A stretch of 64,000 nt of DNA from the NCBI RefSeq assembly GCF_963921235.1, contig NC_086106.1:21266001-21330000 (forward strand). Reading direction: 5' to 3'. This document shows positions 38,076 through 50,349 of this stretch, piece by piece. Each line of letters begins with the position of its first letter. Positions within the stretch are counted from its first letter, which is position 1. The notes under the pieces were generated by a model, which was given only the letters and a program-made list of their open reading frames with translations, searched no databases and was not told where the DNA came from. The DNA comes from Mobula hypostoma. Lineage: Eukaryota. Position numbers and translations under genes: made by a program.

Positions 38076-38417
38076 CACACTGTTTCGTGCCCATTTCAAA
38101 TTGCAGGAGCCTGTTGGGCAGGAGAAAACATCCTCCCAGCTGCTATTCCAGTTTCCATGCTATTGGAGTAGGGTCCCATCTGAAGTCGGAGATTGGAAAG
38201 TGGGAGTTTCAGTCTCCCTCGCTGTTCACTGCACAGTTCCTGGGGAAGGTGGTTTTCATTGCAAATACAGTACAGAAGAGAAAATAACTAGCGTAAGAAC
38301 TGACAACTTCCAGTCCCATTGCAAACTAGACTGTATGGAACTCAGACAAAAAACCTTCTGAAATTACCAGCACATGAACTCCGCTTCTTCAGTTGTTTAT
38401 GGGATAATTCCGATCTC

Positions 38418-38456
38418 CTGTTTGAGTACGGTGGGGATCCCTTTCTAAACACTGTG
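38418..38456 (-). promoter_or_regulatory. 23-RSS of NAR-like V A2
   Basis: CACAGTG-tttagaaagggatccccaccgta-CTCAAACAG. Confidence 0.75.
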
Positions 38457-38747
38457 TGCACCATTTATATTCAGCTTTACAAAAATAGGTGGCACTGTCG
38501 TCAAATTCAAGATTCATAATTTTCAGTGTAAATGTCATTTCAGCGCTATTTTGCGCAATTATTAATCTCGTTCCTGTGGAGATCCGTTCCCATCCCGTTT
38601 TTCGTTGTGTTTGTTTGAAGAAATATCCGGTTACAAACTTATAATCTCCCGTCCAACCAGTACGGAAAGTGCATGTGATTGTGAGAGACTGGCATTCACT
38701 TCTCGTCACCGCTGTCGGGCTTTGGGGCACGGTCTGGCTGAAGAACA
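38457..38747 (-). CDS. NAR-TCR (IgNAR-like) V exon, cassette A2, open frame
   Basis: LFFSQTVPQSPTAVTRSECQSLTITCTFRTGWTGDYKFVTGYFFKQTQRKTGWERISTGTRLIIAQNSAEMTFTLKIMNLEFDDSATYFCKAEYKWC; 291 nt. Confidence 0.9.
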
Positions 38748-38893
38748 CTGGAAATTAAGAATAAGGAGAAGCGAAACAGCATTAGATGTGACATACAATA
38801 GGGGGCTAACACGATGAAATCAAGGATTCTGCGTACACTCGTTCAATTTCGCATTTAATTCGAATATTCCATAAATTTGTGAACAGTACTCAC

Positions 38894-38936
38894 GGTCAAA
38901 GCAGAGGCACAGTGCGACATACAAGAGAAATTTCAT
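38894..38936 (-). CDS. Leader exon, cassette A2
   Basis: MKFLLYVALCLCFD+C|gtgagt. Confidence 0.88.
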
Positions 38937-41446
38937 CGTTTCGTCTCAAGGTGTCAGGTGGATTATACAGTCATTAACGAGGCTGCTGTGGTAGGTTCTT
39001 TCTCAGAAATGGGAAGAGACACCTCAGCCGGTTTCTGTTCTAGATTTATTCAATTGCTTCACTGTTTCCGAATTATATGTTGTGAGGAAAAGCGTCTGAT
39101 TTGATTACCAATAGCTGTAGTCCCCTTTTCACGCAATTTCTTTGCAACTTATGAGAAAGACAGGTGTACTACGAAAAGGAAATGACATAATTTACAGATC
39201 TGACAGTGAAATGTTTTTTCGCCAAGATAACTGTGAGTGTCACGAGGTTGATAAACGTATCAGCTGTCAGTTTCCAAAGGTCTCCAGTGATTGAGACGAA
39301 AATATTAGGAAAGGCGAGAAAAGTGTCAGAAATGGAACAGGTGATTGATGAGCACTGTGGAAGTAGGAAGCAAAGATCATGACATTGAATACATCAGCAA
39401 GGGTACGTGAAGCAGCATCAGTGCAGTGAATAAAAAAAAATGAGGAACGTTGAAACGCTACAAGAGAGTTTTGGAACATGGACTGCTCCACGAAGGTAAC
39501 ATAATTACCGCCATAGCGGCGTTAGGGTTGGGGACATGCGGATTCCCACGGCTACACAGTGGCTGTGGAAAAAGTGGGAGGATGGAAAATAATAATAATA
39601 ATAAAAAATGCTCTGTGTGAGAACCAGCTAACAATGTTGTTTAGTTTTCTTGCTCTTTGTTTGCGAGATAACATGTACGAAGCACTCAACTTATAGTCTG
39701 GCTAATTTCGCCGAATTTTATTCTCTGCACAGTGAACAACATTACTTGCATTATCAACAAAACTCGCATAATTGCAACATAATTCTGAACTGATACTACA
39801 AATTGCAGACTAATTTTCAAAGAATTGTGTAAATATTGCTCTCAATATTATTATTATAATTATTGTTCTTATTGCACATATTTTTTTTTCTCAGCTCAAA
39901 CTTTTAAAACGTAAGGGCCAGGTACAGCCAACCACGTCTATTTGTCAGCTGCTGGAAAATTTAGAACTATTCTTGTGGTGTTTCGTATTTTGGCTTTCTG
40001 AAGACCTACATGGGTACTGCTATACTTGCTTATTTGTTCTGTAGTATAATGTAGTGTCTTTGAGATTATACCAGCTGTACATATTACCATGGGACAATAT
40101 ATAGTTGTTCATGTTTCAAAGTCTTTAAATTTCCTACTTTATTACAGCAGATTATCAATGATTTTTTTCCCAGTTAAAGATTTGGATATTATGTGTGTTT
40201 CGAATGCGTATATCTATAATTGAAGTTGCTTTTGATGTTTATCCCGTATTATTGTATGCAGGCAATTATTATGCATTGTCGTCTATGCAATCACTAATGC
40301 GTTAGAATATATATTTGTAGTATTCTGACTGATTATTATTATTATTATTATCACATCACATTACTTCACTCCAGTCAATTCCATCGCTCAGAAGGGGTTC
40401 ACAAATCTCCTCTGATCGAACCGACTATGAGGAATAATTTGTGGTTTCTCACCGGGCTACAACCGACCAATCGATGCAAGCTCCATGGACAAGTGGCGAT
40501 AGACAGCAGCGCAATATTAATGGATAAATGGTTTATTTAAGGTTTGAGGACTTCAAACAGTGCAGTGAGACATGGAGGAATGGGCTCAGAAAAAGTGGAA
40601 ATAATTAGTCACTTAAAAAAAATCTGAAACAGAGAATGTTTAACTATATCGTAAAGAAATTTAGAAATAAAGTTAAATTTGTCATTCTTTGTCCTTACGG
40701 CATTGCTGAACGGAGGACAAATATTGAACACTTCAGCACAGAGCAGAGACAGACAGGGAATTTAAACAAAATTAGCGGACTTTTTCGTTTTAAAAGAACT
40801 GGCACTAGCGCTGGGATTGTAACTAAGACAATCTCTTGTGTTGCTCTACCTATTAGACGAGCAGGACCGTAAAACCCGAAAAGATTCAACGAGCAGTCAA
40901 AGTAGCTGCGACTGCTGTAAGTGTTACCCTTGACAGAAGTCCATGTGCAAACGAGGACACTAAAGCGGTTGATGGAAGAAAGACAGCGTAACATTGTTAT
41001 TGGAACTGAAAACATTTATAATGCATATATATTATCAAGTAGCTGAACTTGAGATAGGGAGAGAGTTACGTAAACGCACACAATAGCAAACTTATCAACA
41101 GCTTATAGACAACATATTCCTTACTGTAAGTAAATTTCACAACGAATGGTAGATCACCGTGGACTTATTATAAAATTAGCCTATTTCCAAAGAAATGTTT
41201 TTACAAAAACACATGAATTAATATGAGCACTAGAATGAAACCGACCTAAAGACTGCAACAATGCTATCCAATAAAGTAATGAGATGACACCACCCAAAGA
41301 GTTCACAGAAGAGCAATAACTTCAGCAATTTTTCACAACCTGACGGTAATTACAAAACACAAAGGTAGAGCTTTCAAATAATGCAGATGACGAATCTGAG
41401 CTTACAGGCAAAATTAATGCAGCTAAAACAATTAATTCAAAAAGTG

Positions 41447-41482
<36 letters not shown>

Positions 41483-43100
41483 CAGATGAAAGCCTGATCT
41501 TTCTACGAGATAAGTGAAGAATATTAAAACGTAAAGCGAGTGAAATATAATAAAAACTGCAGGATACAAGAGAAATTATGAATGAAAATGCAAAAGACGA
41601 GTATGTAGTTGAGAATGTGGTAAAGACGGAAAATGCAATGTTGGCAATGTTTCATTTGGAAAACAAAACGCGGCAAAAACTCTGAGCATTAATAAGACAC
41701 TAGTCAGGCTGCACTTGGAGTATTGTCAGCTGTTTTGGGCCCCGTACTCACTAAATATGTGTCGTTATTTGAGAGAGCCCAGAGGAGGATCAGTAATAAA
41801 CATCTGAGGAAGGTTTATCATATTTGCACCTGTACTCACTGGGATTTAGAAGAATGCGGGACGATCTCATTGAAGTCTTCCAAATGTTGAAAGGGTAGGT
41901 ATCGAGAGGATATTTCCGATGGTGGGTGTATTCGGAACTGGAGAGCACCGCCTCAAAATTGAGGGGCGCATATTTAGAACAACGATAAGGAGTGACCACT
42001 GAGTGACGACCAGTTAGGAAGAAAAAAAAAATAATGCCACAGACTGCAGTGGAAACCAAGTCCGTGCCTAAATTTACCGCTGAAGTTCATTGTTTCTGAT
42101 CGGTCAGAGAATCAAAGGATATCACCAGAAGAAAGGTATGTGGTGTTGAGTGGGATGCGAGATCAGCCATGGTGGGTTGGCGGAGCAGACACGATGGACT
42201 GATTGGTTAATTCCACTCCTATGTTTTAGATCTTATGGCGAATTGTTGGAGGGGCGGCACGTCGTGCAGGAAGGGCCTTTGTCGCGTTTTATATCTATGT
42301 GGATAACTAATTCAATAACAAGGATTGGTTGCGAAAATCGCAAGCTCCCATGACAGCCTGCAGTTCTGACAGTTTCCTTCTATCAATGCCGTTATTGGAC
42401 AACAGTGTTACTTCATGATTAACACTACTACCGCAAGCATCGTGCCACGAGCAAGGAGTTAATTGTGTAGAGACGTTCGCCACCTTGTCAAGGAAATCGA
42501 ATTAATTTGGCAAAGTTTGGAATACTTAAATTAATGATGCGGAAGAAAAGTATGCAAACCCATACTGAGGAAATGTCAGTTGAGTAATACAGCAGTGAAT
42601 TTCTGGGTGTTCATCCAGTCAATCCGAGACCTGGCGTCGTGGTTCCTTTTCAGTGTGATGCAACTGCAGTACACTTCTCCTGGGCTGATTCAAAGCAAAA
42701 TGCCTCACATGCGGTGAACAAACAAAAAAAAAACTCTATATTGTCTGGATAGATGAATGAGCTCTACGTTTTGTACAATTCCACAAATTCCTTCGCACCT
42801 TAGGTGCATTAGAAATACTGGCAAGGACGTAATTGCTAAAAAGTAAAACATAATTTCCACGTATCGCTGAACAAATTTTGATCGACTCATGTAATTCAAT
42901 TCGCCTTCAGACCTGCCGCTGGTTTTCGGAGCAGTTTGCATATGTGCTGCTGAAAATTTGCAGCAATTGCAGAATTTCTTCTCGCTAGGTTTGGTGTTTC
43001 CTAATCAACAAGATTTGATTAAGGAGCTTCCGGTAAATTAACCTATATGAACTAATAACCATAATACGATGGAAGTGTGGCAGTCAATTAAAGGTATATT

Positions 43101-43104
<4 letters not shown>

Positions 43105-43153
<49 letters not shown>
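43105..43153 (+). repeat. (AT)n microsatellite
   Basis: About 24 AT units; smaller (AT)n tracts also near 4260, 28900 and 41450. Confidence 0.95.
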
Positions 43154-43157
<4 letters not shown>

Positions 43158-45012
43158 GATCGCAGGAAAAAAAGACGTAGAAAATATTCTGATTAAGGAG
43201 TGAATTCAAAAAACTCAGGTGTATACAAACTTGACAGTCCTACTTCATGAATTCTTTACGGTCAAATTGAGTACTGAGTCCGTACTGAGAAAAGTTAATG
43301 TCGATTGTTATGAACAAAATATTAAAACTGTGATATAGCGTTGTTTATTTATGGGGTAAATAATACTACATTTGGAGTTTTGAAAAAGTTGTGTGCGAAA
43401 GTCCAAAGGAAGAATGTGCTAGTTTATAAGGGAGAAAAGTAGAAACTTATGAGAATAACCCCGGGGCAGATATAAAATCGTAGGTGGAGAGTTTGATGAT
43501 TCTTCGGATTAGAACAATAATATGAATCCCATTGTAACATAACCAGCAAAAAGGTACTGATTACAGTGGACGTGTGGATGATAGATCCAGCAGCGGGAAA
43601 GTGGAGCCTCAGAGGTACTGAACCTCAGCAAAAAGGACATGGCTTAGATTACAGTGGGAGCATTTTTTTTTTTTTTGCCAGTTTGTATATGTGTGGTATT
43701 CCTTGCCATACTGTGTTGGAGAGGACATCAACGGTATATTTCAGGCAGAGGTAAATGTCTTCCCAAGTCGTAAGTGTGTCAGAATTTGGACAGAGCTGTC
43801 AGGAGAATGCAGTTGAAATTTTATAAATAATACACTACGATCCAGTGGCAGAACCAATGTCGAGTGGTCAAGACACAAAATTTTCTCCGATGGTCTTACG
43901 TCAGATCCTGTACATATCTCCAAAACACGCTTTAATATACCATACTTTTCTTTAGTTCGATGGACATCATCACACACACGAGAAAAGGATAATAGATATA
44001 GTTGATAAATATTGAGGGCTGAGAGGATTAGCAAGTGAGTTTTGTTTACAAATTCTGTACTTTTGGAGGTTGTTATTGTTCGAATTTATTGCTTAAATGC
44101 GCTGAGATTAATGGCTTTAATATTTTTGGTAATAGGGAGGTCATACTTGTTGGCACTGTCGTGTAACCGCCTATGTAACGTTCTGTAGGATTTTTTAGCT
44201 TACGTCCTTCACAATTTGACGCAGTCTGTAGCGGGTTTGGTCCGCGGCAACACAGAAACTCAACATTGCGGTGTTAATCGCGAAGATCACGAGGCATGCT
44301 ATCCATGGGGGATTGCAAGAGTGGATTTAGAATTATCCTGCACTCCGAAGGCTTTGTGTGGCATTAGTTGGAAGTTACTATGCTCACATTTCAAGAATTA
44401 CAGATGCTCCTTCAGTCACCGTTTCGAGATCCTCACTCTCTGTGACATTAAAAATTATCGTGTGATTTTGTGTCATGATTTTAATGTGAAAGTAGATAAA
44501 TTGCATAAAGAATAGTGGCGTTGTGTACTGAGTAGAAATATGTCACATGTTCCAACGTGATATAGGGAGGTTGTAGAGTTGGGTAGACAAATTAGAAGTT
44601 ACATTTCAAATGGGGAAAAAAAATAAAAACTAGTGTGAAATAGCCAACTTTACAAGTTCGTACAGAATTATGAGGAAGAATCTTTGAGGCGCAGTCGTAC
44701 AGATGTATACTCGGTTTCCGCGTCCGTATATTCCGCAAAGATTAGAGAACGCCTTAAGTGGAAAATTTGAAAACATCTAGAGATTTTGATTTTGGAACAA
44801 CGCAAGTTGACAGTCAACTTAAAATAAACGCGTACGACTATGAACGGCAAAGATACAGTTTTCCTCAGGGCGGTAATGCCAGGCACCAAAAACTTCCGTT
44901 TATAGTTACTCGACGGACATTTACCGCAGATATCTGAAATACTGAGTTTTTTATTTCACAGAGAATAACGGTTGGCTGAAATTCATGCCAGAGATGGTAG
45001 AACCTTTATGAT

Positions 45013-46209
45013 AAGCACAAAATAATCTGCCGATGCTGTGATCAAAGCAACACTTTCAGTATGCTGGATGAACTCAGCAGGTTGGGCAGCATCACTCAGA
45101 AACGATGAGTCGACGTTCCGGGCCGAAACTCTTCGTCAGAACTGACGAATGAAAGATGGTGAAGGATTGGAAGAATGCTAGTAGCTTCAGTTGAAAGACC
45201 AGTAATTTGCAAGGCTAATGGGTGGGGGATAGGAAGCATTGACGTCATAGCCCTGAAAACAATGGGTAGCAGAAGAAGAAGGAGGAACTATGACTGAGCT
45301 GGGGGAGGGGGTAGAGAGAAATAGGGATAGAGGAATGGAGGGGAATGAGTTGCTGGACGCTGAAGTATTCTATGGTCATACCGAGAGACTGGAGACTACC
45401 TAGACGGTATATGAGGTTTTGCTCCTCAAACCTGAGTTTAGCCTCATCGTGGCTTTAGAAGAGGGCATGTATGGACATATCTGAATCGGAATGGGAAGCA
45501 GAGTTGAAGTCGGTTGCTACCGGGAGATCCTGTCTGTTGTGGCGAAAGGAGTGTATGTGCTCGACGAAGCGGTCCCCCAATCTGCTTCGGGTTACACCGA
45601 TGCAGAAGAGGCCGCACCAGGACCATGGGATGCAGTAGATATCCCCAAGAGACACACAAGTGAAGTGCTGTCTCGCCTGAGAGGACTGTTTGGGGCCCTG
45701 AATGGTTGCAGGAGATTAGTAGTAGGGAAAGGTGTAGCACTTACCTTTACAGGGATAAGTGCCAGGTGGGAGATCAGTGTGGAAGGACGTGTGGATAAGG
45801 GAGTCGCGGACGGACCGATCCCTGCGGAAAGCAGTGACGGGTGGAGAGGGAAAGATGTGCTCAGTTGTGGGGTCGTGTTGAATGTGGCGGAAGTTGCGGA
45901 AGATAATGTGCTGGATCAGGAGGCTGGTGGGGTGGTAGGTAAGGACAAGGGGAACTCTGTCGCTGTTGTGGTTGCGGGAGGATGGGGTGAGGGTCGAAGT
46001 GCGGGAAATGGAAGAGGTGCAGGTGAGGGCATCATTGATGACGATACAAGGGAAAACAAGATCCTTCAAGAAAGAGGACATTTGAGATGTCCTGGAACGG
46101 AAAGAGTCATTCCCGGAGCTGATGGGGCGGATACTGAGGAACTGGGGATAGGGAATGACATTTTTGCATGTGGCGGGGTGGAGGAGGTATAGTTGAGGTA
46201 GTTATGAGA
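45013..46209 (-). mobile_element. Penelope-like retroelement, copy 3 (runs into an assembly gap)
   Basis: ORFs 45716-46081 and 45455-45655 (FCIGVTRSRLGDRFVEH); degenerate hammerhead near 45108-45143. Confidence 0.85.
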
Positions 46210-46375
46210 NNNNNNNNNNNNNNNNNNNNNNNNNNNNNNNNNNNNNNNNNNNNNNNNNNNNNNNNNNNNNNNNNNNNNNNNNNNNNNNNNNNNNNNNNNN
46301 NNNNNNNNNNNNNNNNNNNNNNNNNNNNNNNNNNNNNNNNNNNNNNNNNNNNNNNNNNNNNNNNNNNNNNNNNNN
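46210..46375. other. Assembly gap (166 N)
   Basis: Run of n. Confidence 0.99.
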
Positions 46376-47162
46376 ACTACTATGTAGACATATAATAGTG
46401 TCTTTGAATGAGGGAATGTTTGGATAGATAGTCTAGTGTTGTAAATTAGTTGGCAGAACAAAGTCCGGCAAAGGGTCCGCAGTGTGTTGCCCTGTTTGAA
46501 ATTCTCTGTTTTATTTTCCTTGAGATGGAGAACGGCAGATAGTCCGTCGTTTTGTCCTCCTTAATTACAAAAGTGTTATCATCATTTTATCATTTTGCTC
46601 ATGTTAAGTATATTTCATTTGCTATAAGAATTTTCTTTGTAATCTTTTTGCAGGACTAGGAAAACTGTCAGCGTTTGTAAATTTGAGGTTGCTCATTAGC
46701 TTCTGACAACTAAAACTAATATAAGAGGCACGGCCACTTATATAGTGACTGAAAGGAAGTTCAGCACCTAGCTTCCACAGGCACACAAATAAATACCCTG
46801 TCAATATACTTGAGAAATAAATGAAACACTTATTTTCGTTTTGAAAACTTATGAGTAGCATCTTATTATAGATTGTCTTTTTCCATGTGGTTCATGTCAA
46901 ATTGCATACTTTAGAATGGGTAGAAGTATTGAGTTTCTATAGTTACTATGTCCTCTCTATTCCATATTAATAACATCTCACATCATTTCAAAACCGGAAT
47001 CCTATGTTCCCGGCAATATTTGCATAATGCCTTTCAGAAAAAAAAACTTACGAAATTGTCTTGAATTAAAAAAAAATCAATCTACACAGAAGATTCAAGA
47101 GAGATATTCCATGGATCGGTGATCTTGTAGAGAAGTAAACTAAAGGAAACATTTTATTTTTT

Positions 47163-47178
47163 CACCAGGGATATAGGT
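47163..47178 (-). pseudogene. Supporting-V stub, cassette B3
   Basis: ttcttcag|ACCTATATCCCTGGTG. Confidence 0.6.
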
Positions 47179-48584
47179 CTGAAGAAATGTGAAAGACGAA
47201 TCACAATTAATTCTCTATCGTTACTGCATCCACCACGACTCGGAATAGGTGACGGTTTCACAAAGGCTGGTTTCGTTCACAATGTGTTCAAAATGCTTTA
47301 CTGTCCTTGGCAATTTTTCCAACGACTTCCCGAGGTGGAGAAATAATTGGCACCTCGTGTAGGCGGAGAAATAAAATTACTCAACGTAAATGCTGGAAAA
47401 TGTAAACATGCATGGAAATAATAATTAAAATATGGAACATTTATGAACAATCTGCCAGCGCGAGACCCCTGAGAGATGGAGGATCTACCTCTTCCATTGT
47501 GTAAAATACATTGCTGTATATTTTTTTTTTGTGAGAGAAGGACGAATGAGAAAAAGGATTGAACAATAATTTTATTTACAATGTCTTATGCACTATCTAC
47601 AGATTCGTTGCTCTTTAATTTAGCGAAATAGGATTCATGAGAAGGGAATGATTTTCCATGTTTGGGATGAAAAACTGTGCGGTGAGTAGTACAGGCTGTT
47701 AAATTTAATACACCCCGGTATAAAACTTCATAATCAGTCCGTGTAACACACGTTAATGCTAAAGAAACTCAGCAGACCAGCCAGCATTTATGTAAAAGAG
47801 TAAGCAGGCGATGTTTCAAGCATAGATACATCATCACGATATTCATGTATACACTACCTGACTTGTGGAGAACATCTAGCTTTTTCGCTCTGTTGCTTGG
47901 GTTTTCAGCATCTGCAGTTTTTCTCTTGTTTCCCTATTGGCAGTGACAGGTCATCCTCCGTATTCCTTATAGTTCAACCAGTTTTCATATGTGTTTTCAT
48001 CCCCCGATGATGTTTCTTCTACTTTGGGTATATATGGTATATATGCTCTTAACGTAAAATGTTCTGACGGATGTTGCTTGCATTGTAGTTTATATGCGGC
48101 CGTCAGGCTTATTCGCAATTGAGCGCCTTCACTGAAAAATCACATCTGGAGGTTGTGCATGACAAAAAGTGATTTCTCACCTTTCAACATACAGTTTCCG
48201 CGTACCACCAGAGTCACTTAGCACAGAACATTTCTGAGAAGTTCCGTCAGACTTGATTACGCAATGTGATGACCCAAGATCAGCATTTCTTCTTCTGCCT
48301 CCATAAGCATCTGCTTACAACACAAATTGTCGCTCTGCATCTGCGAATGCACTCTTTCCTCTACTCTCGTAATGCATGGTTAAAGAGTCGCGCTGCTTTT
48401 ACTTGAATTATACCACTCCTAAGAAGAGCTCATTGCTGGCAATCCAAACGCGTTATTTTTCTTTTCTTTTAGCTTAAAGCTTCTATCGACGAAATCTCAA
48501 TCAAACTTGATATATTCAACAAAACTAACCTTGAAAGCACTGCGACGAAACGGCTTTATAAATTTCGCCAATTCACATACCAAC

Positions 48585-48639
48585 TGTCTGTCACAGAGAC
48601 CCTGGTCCCGGTTCCACATCGATAGCCAGTGTAGCAACT
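48585..48639 (-). other. NAR-TCR J segment, cassette B3
   Basis: SCYTGYRCGTGTRVSVTD+A|gttggt; RSS gatttatat-23-cacggtg (48640-48678). Confidence 0.78.
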
Positions 48640-49017
48640 CACCGTGATCCGACACTCAGACTCACTGGTATATAAATCATCCTCAACACAGTCTAATCAG
48701 CAGCCGACATTGGACTGCGTACAACTATTGCAGATTTTTAAAACATCAACAACAACATTCAGTGTTCCAGAAACCTCTGTGAAGCTAGCTGTGAAAAAGA
48801 CAACTATAAGATGACCCGCTTCGTACATTCCGAAAGTCGGTACCCTAAACTTCAGCAAATGTGAAAGAAAGCAATTCCTGAAAGGGGTTAAGTACGATAG
48901 AATTCACCAGATCGCAGCGTGAAAGTAATCCCACATATGATTCTATTTCCTGACTCCAGAATGTATACTTCTTTTTTCTCGGATCAGAAAGTTTTTGTTC
49001 GATTACCCTTCGTTGTG

Positions 49018-49031
49018 CATATCCTGAAATC
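49018..49031 (-). other. NAR-TCR D segment, cassette B3 (12/12 RSS)
   Basis: agtttttgt-12-cgttgtg [catatcctgaaatc] cacagtg-12-ttcaaattt. Confidence 0.8.
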
Positions 49032-49408
49032 CACAGTGTTTCATGTCAGGTTCAAATTTCAGAAAAGGACTGAGCTGGAGGTAACAGCTTCCCATCTACT
49101 ATTCCTGCTTCCATCCTGTTGGAGCAGGGTGCTATCTGAAGTAAGGGTTTAGGAAAGTTGGAAATCGTTATGACTTGCTGTTCGCTAAAAACAGAAATGT
49201 GAAAGGCGTTTTTTTACATGCAAATTCAGAAGAGAAGAGAAAGAGTATGAACAGTAAACATTATGTCGCATTACAAAATAGATTGTATGGAACGCCGGAG
49301 AAAGGCCTCGTTGAATTACGGACAGATTAACTCTATTCCTTAAGCCGTTGATGGGATGAATTGTAGCCAGCATTTGAGTACAGCGGGAATCGCTTTCCAA
49401 GCTCTGTG

Positions 49409-49705
49409 TACATTCATGTTTATATTCAACTTTACAGAAATAGTTGGCGCTGTCCTTAACTCCAAGATGCAAATTGTTAAGGATAATTGTCATTAATGCT
49501 TTATTTTCCGTTGTTATAAGTCTTTCTCCTGTGCAGATACGCTCCCAGCCCGTTTCTGTCTGCGTCTATTTGAAGAACCGTCCGGTTATAAATTAATCGC
49601 TTGATGATTTTTTTTTTTTACGGAGCCTGCATGTGATGGTGAGAGACAAACATTATATTTTCGCCACAGCTGTCAGCGCTCTGGATCACTGATTGGCGAA
49701 GAGGA
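49409..49705 (-). pseudogene. NAR-TCR V pseudogene, cassette B3
   Basis: Acceptor mutated AG>TG, frameshifts, shared ATA-TAA-TGT and GAT-TAA stops; ends DSANYFCKVEYKHEC then CACAGAG RSS (49370-49408). Confidence 0.88.
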
Positions 49706-49852
49706 CAGGAAATTAAGAAAATGCAGAAGGGAAGCGTCATTAGATGTCAAATACGCAAGACGACTAATACAATAACTTCATGGAATTCTTCATCTACCTA
49801 TTCAGTTTTATATCTAACTCACATACTGTAGAAAATTGACTACGGTACACAC

Positions 49853-49895
49853 ACCAAAAGCAGATGCAGAGCGTGACATTCAAGAGGAAGTTCAT
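49853..49895 (-). pseudogene. Leader exon, cassette B3
   Basis: MNFLLNVTLCICFW+T|gtgtgt. Confidence 0.78.
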
Positions 49896-50349
49896 CGTTT
49901 CATCTCCGGGTGTAAGATGGTTTATATGACGGAGAGCTGGACTGCTGTGTTACGTTATTCCAGAGAACAGGGCAGAGACACCTCTGCCGCTTGCTGTTCT
50001 AGATTTATGCAATTGCTGCGCACATTCCGAATTACCTTTTTGAGGGAAAGTGTCTGGTTTAATGAACAATAGCTATGGTTCTGTTTCCACTCAAGCTCTT
50101 TGAAGCAGATGAGATAGGTTTCCATGACAGTTTTAACGTCAATGCAAATATGGTGGGAATGGTGTCAGAACACGTGAGTTTTATGGAACTGTGGAAGTTG
50201 GAAGCAATGTTCTTGAAATTTACAAGGTCAAAAAGTGTGCATTCATTATTCCAGTAGTTACCAGATGTGGCTATTACTTTTTAACCACTTCAGAGGCAAC
50301 GGTTGAATAAACAGGTCATAGAGTACAAGTTATTTTATTCGGATAAAAC

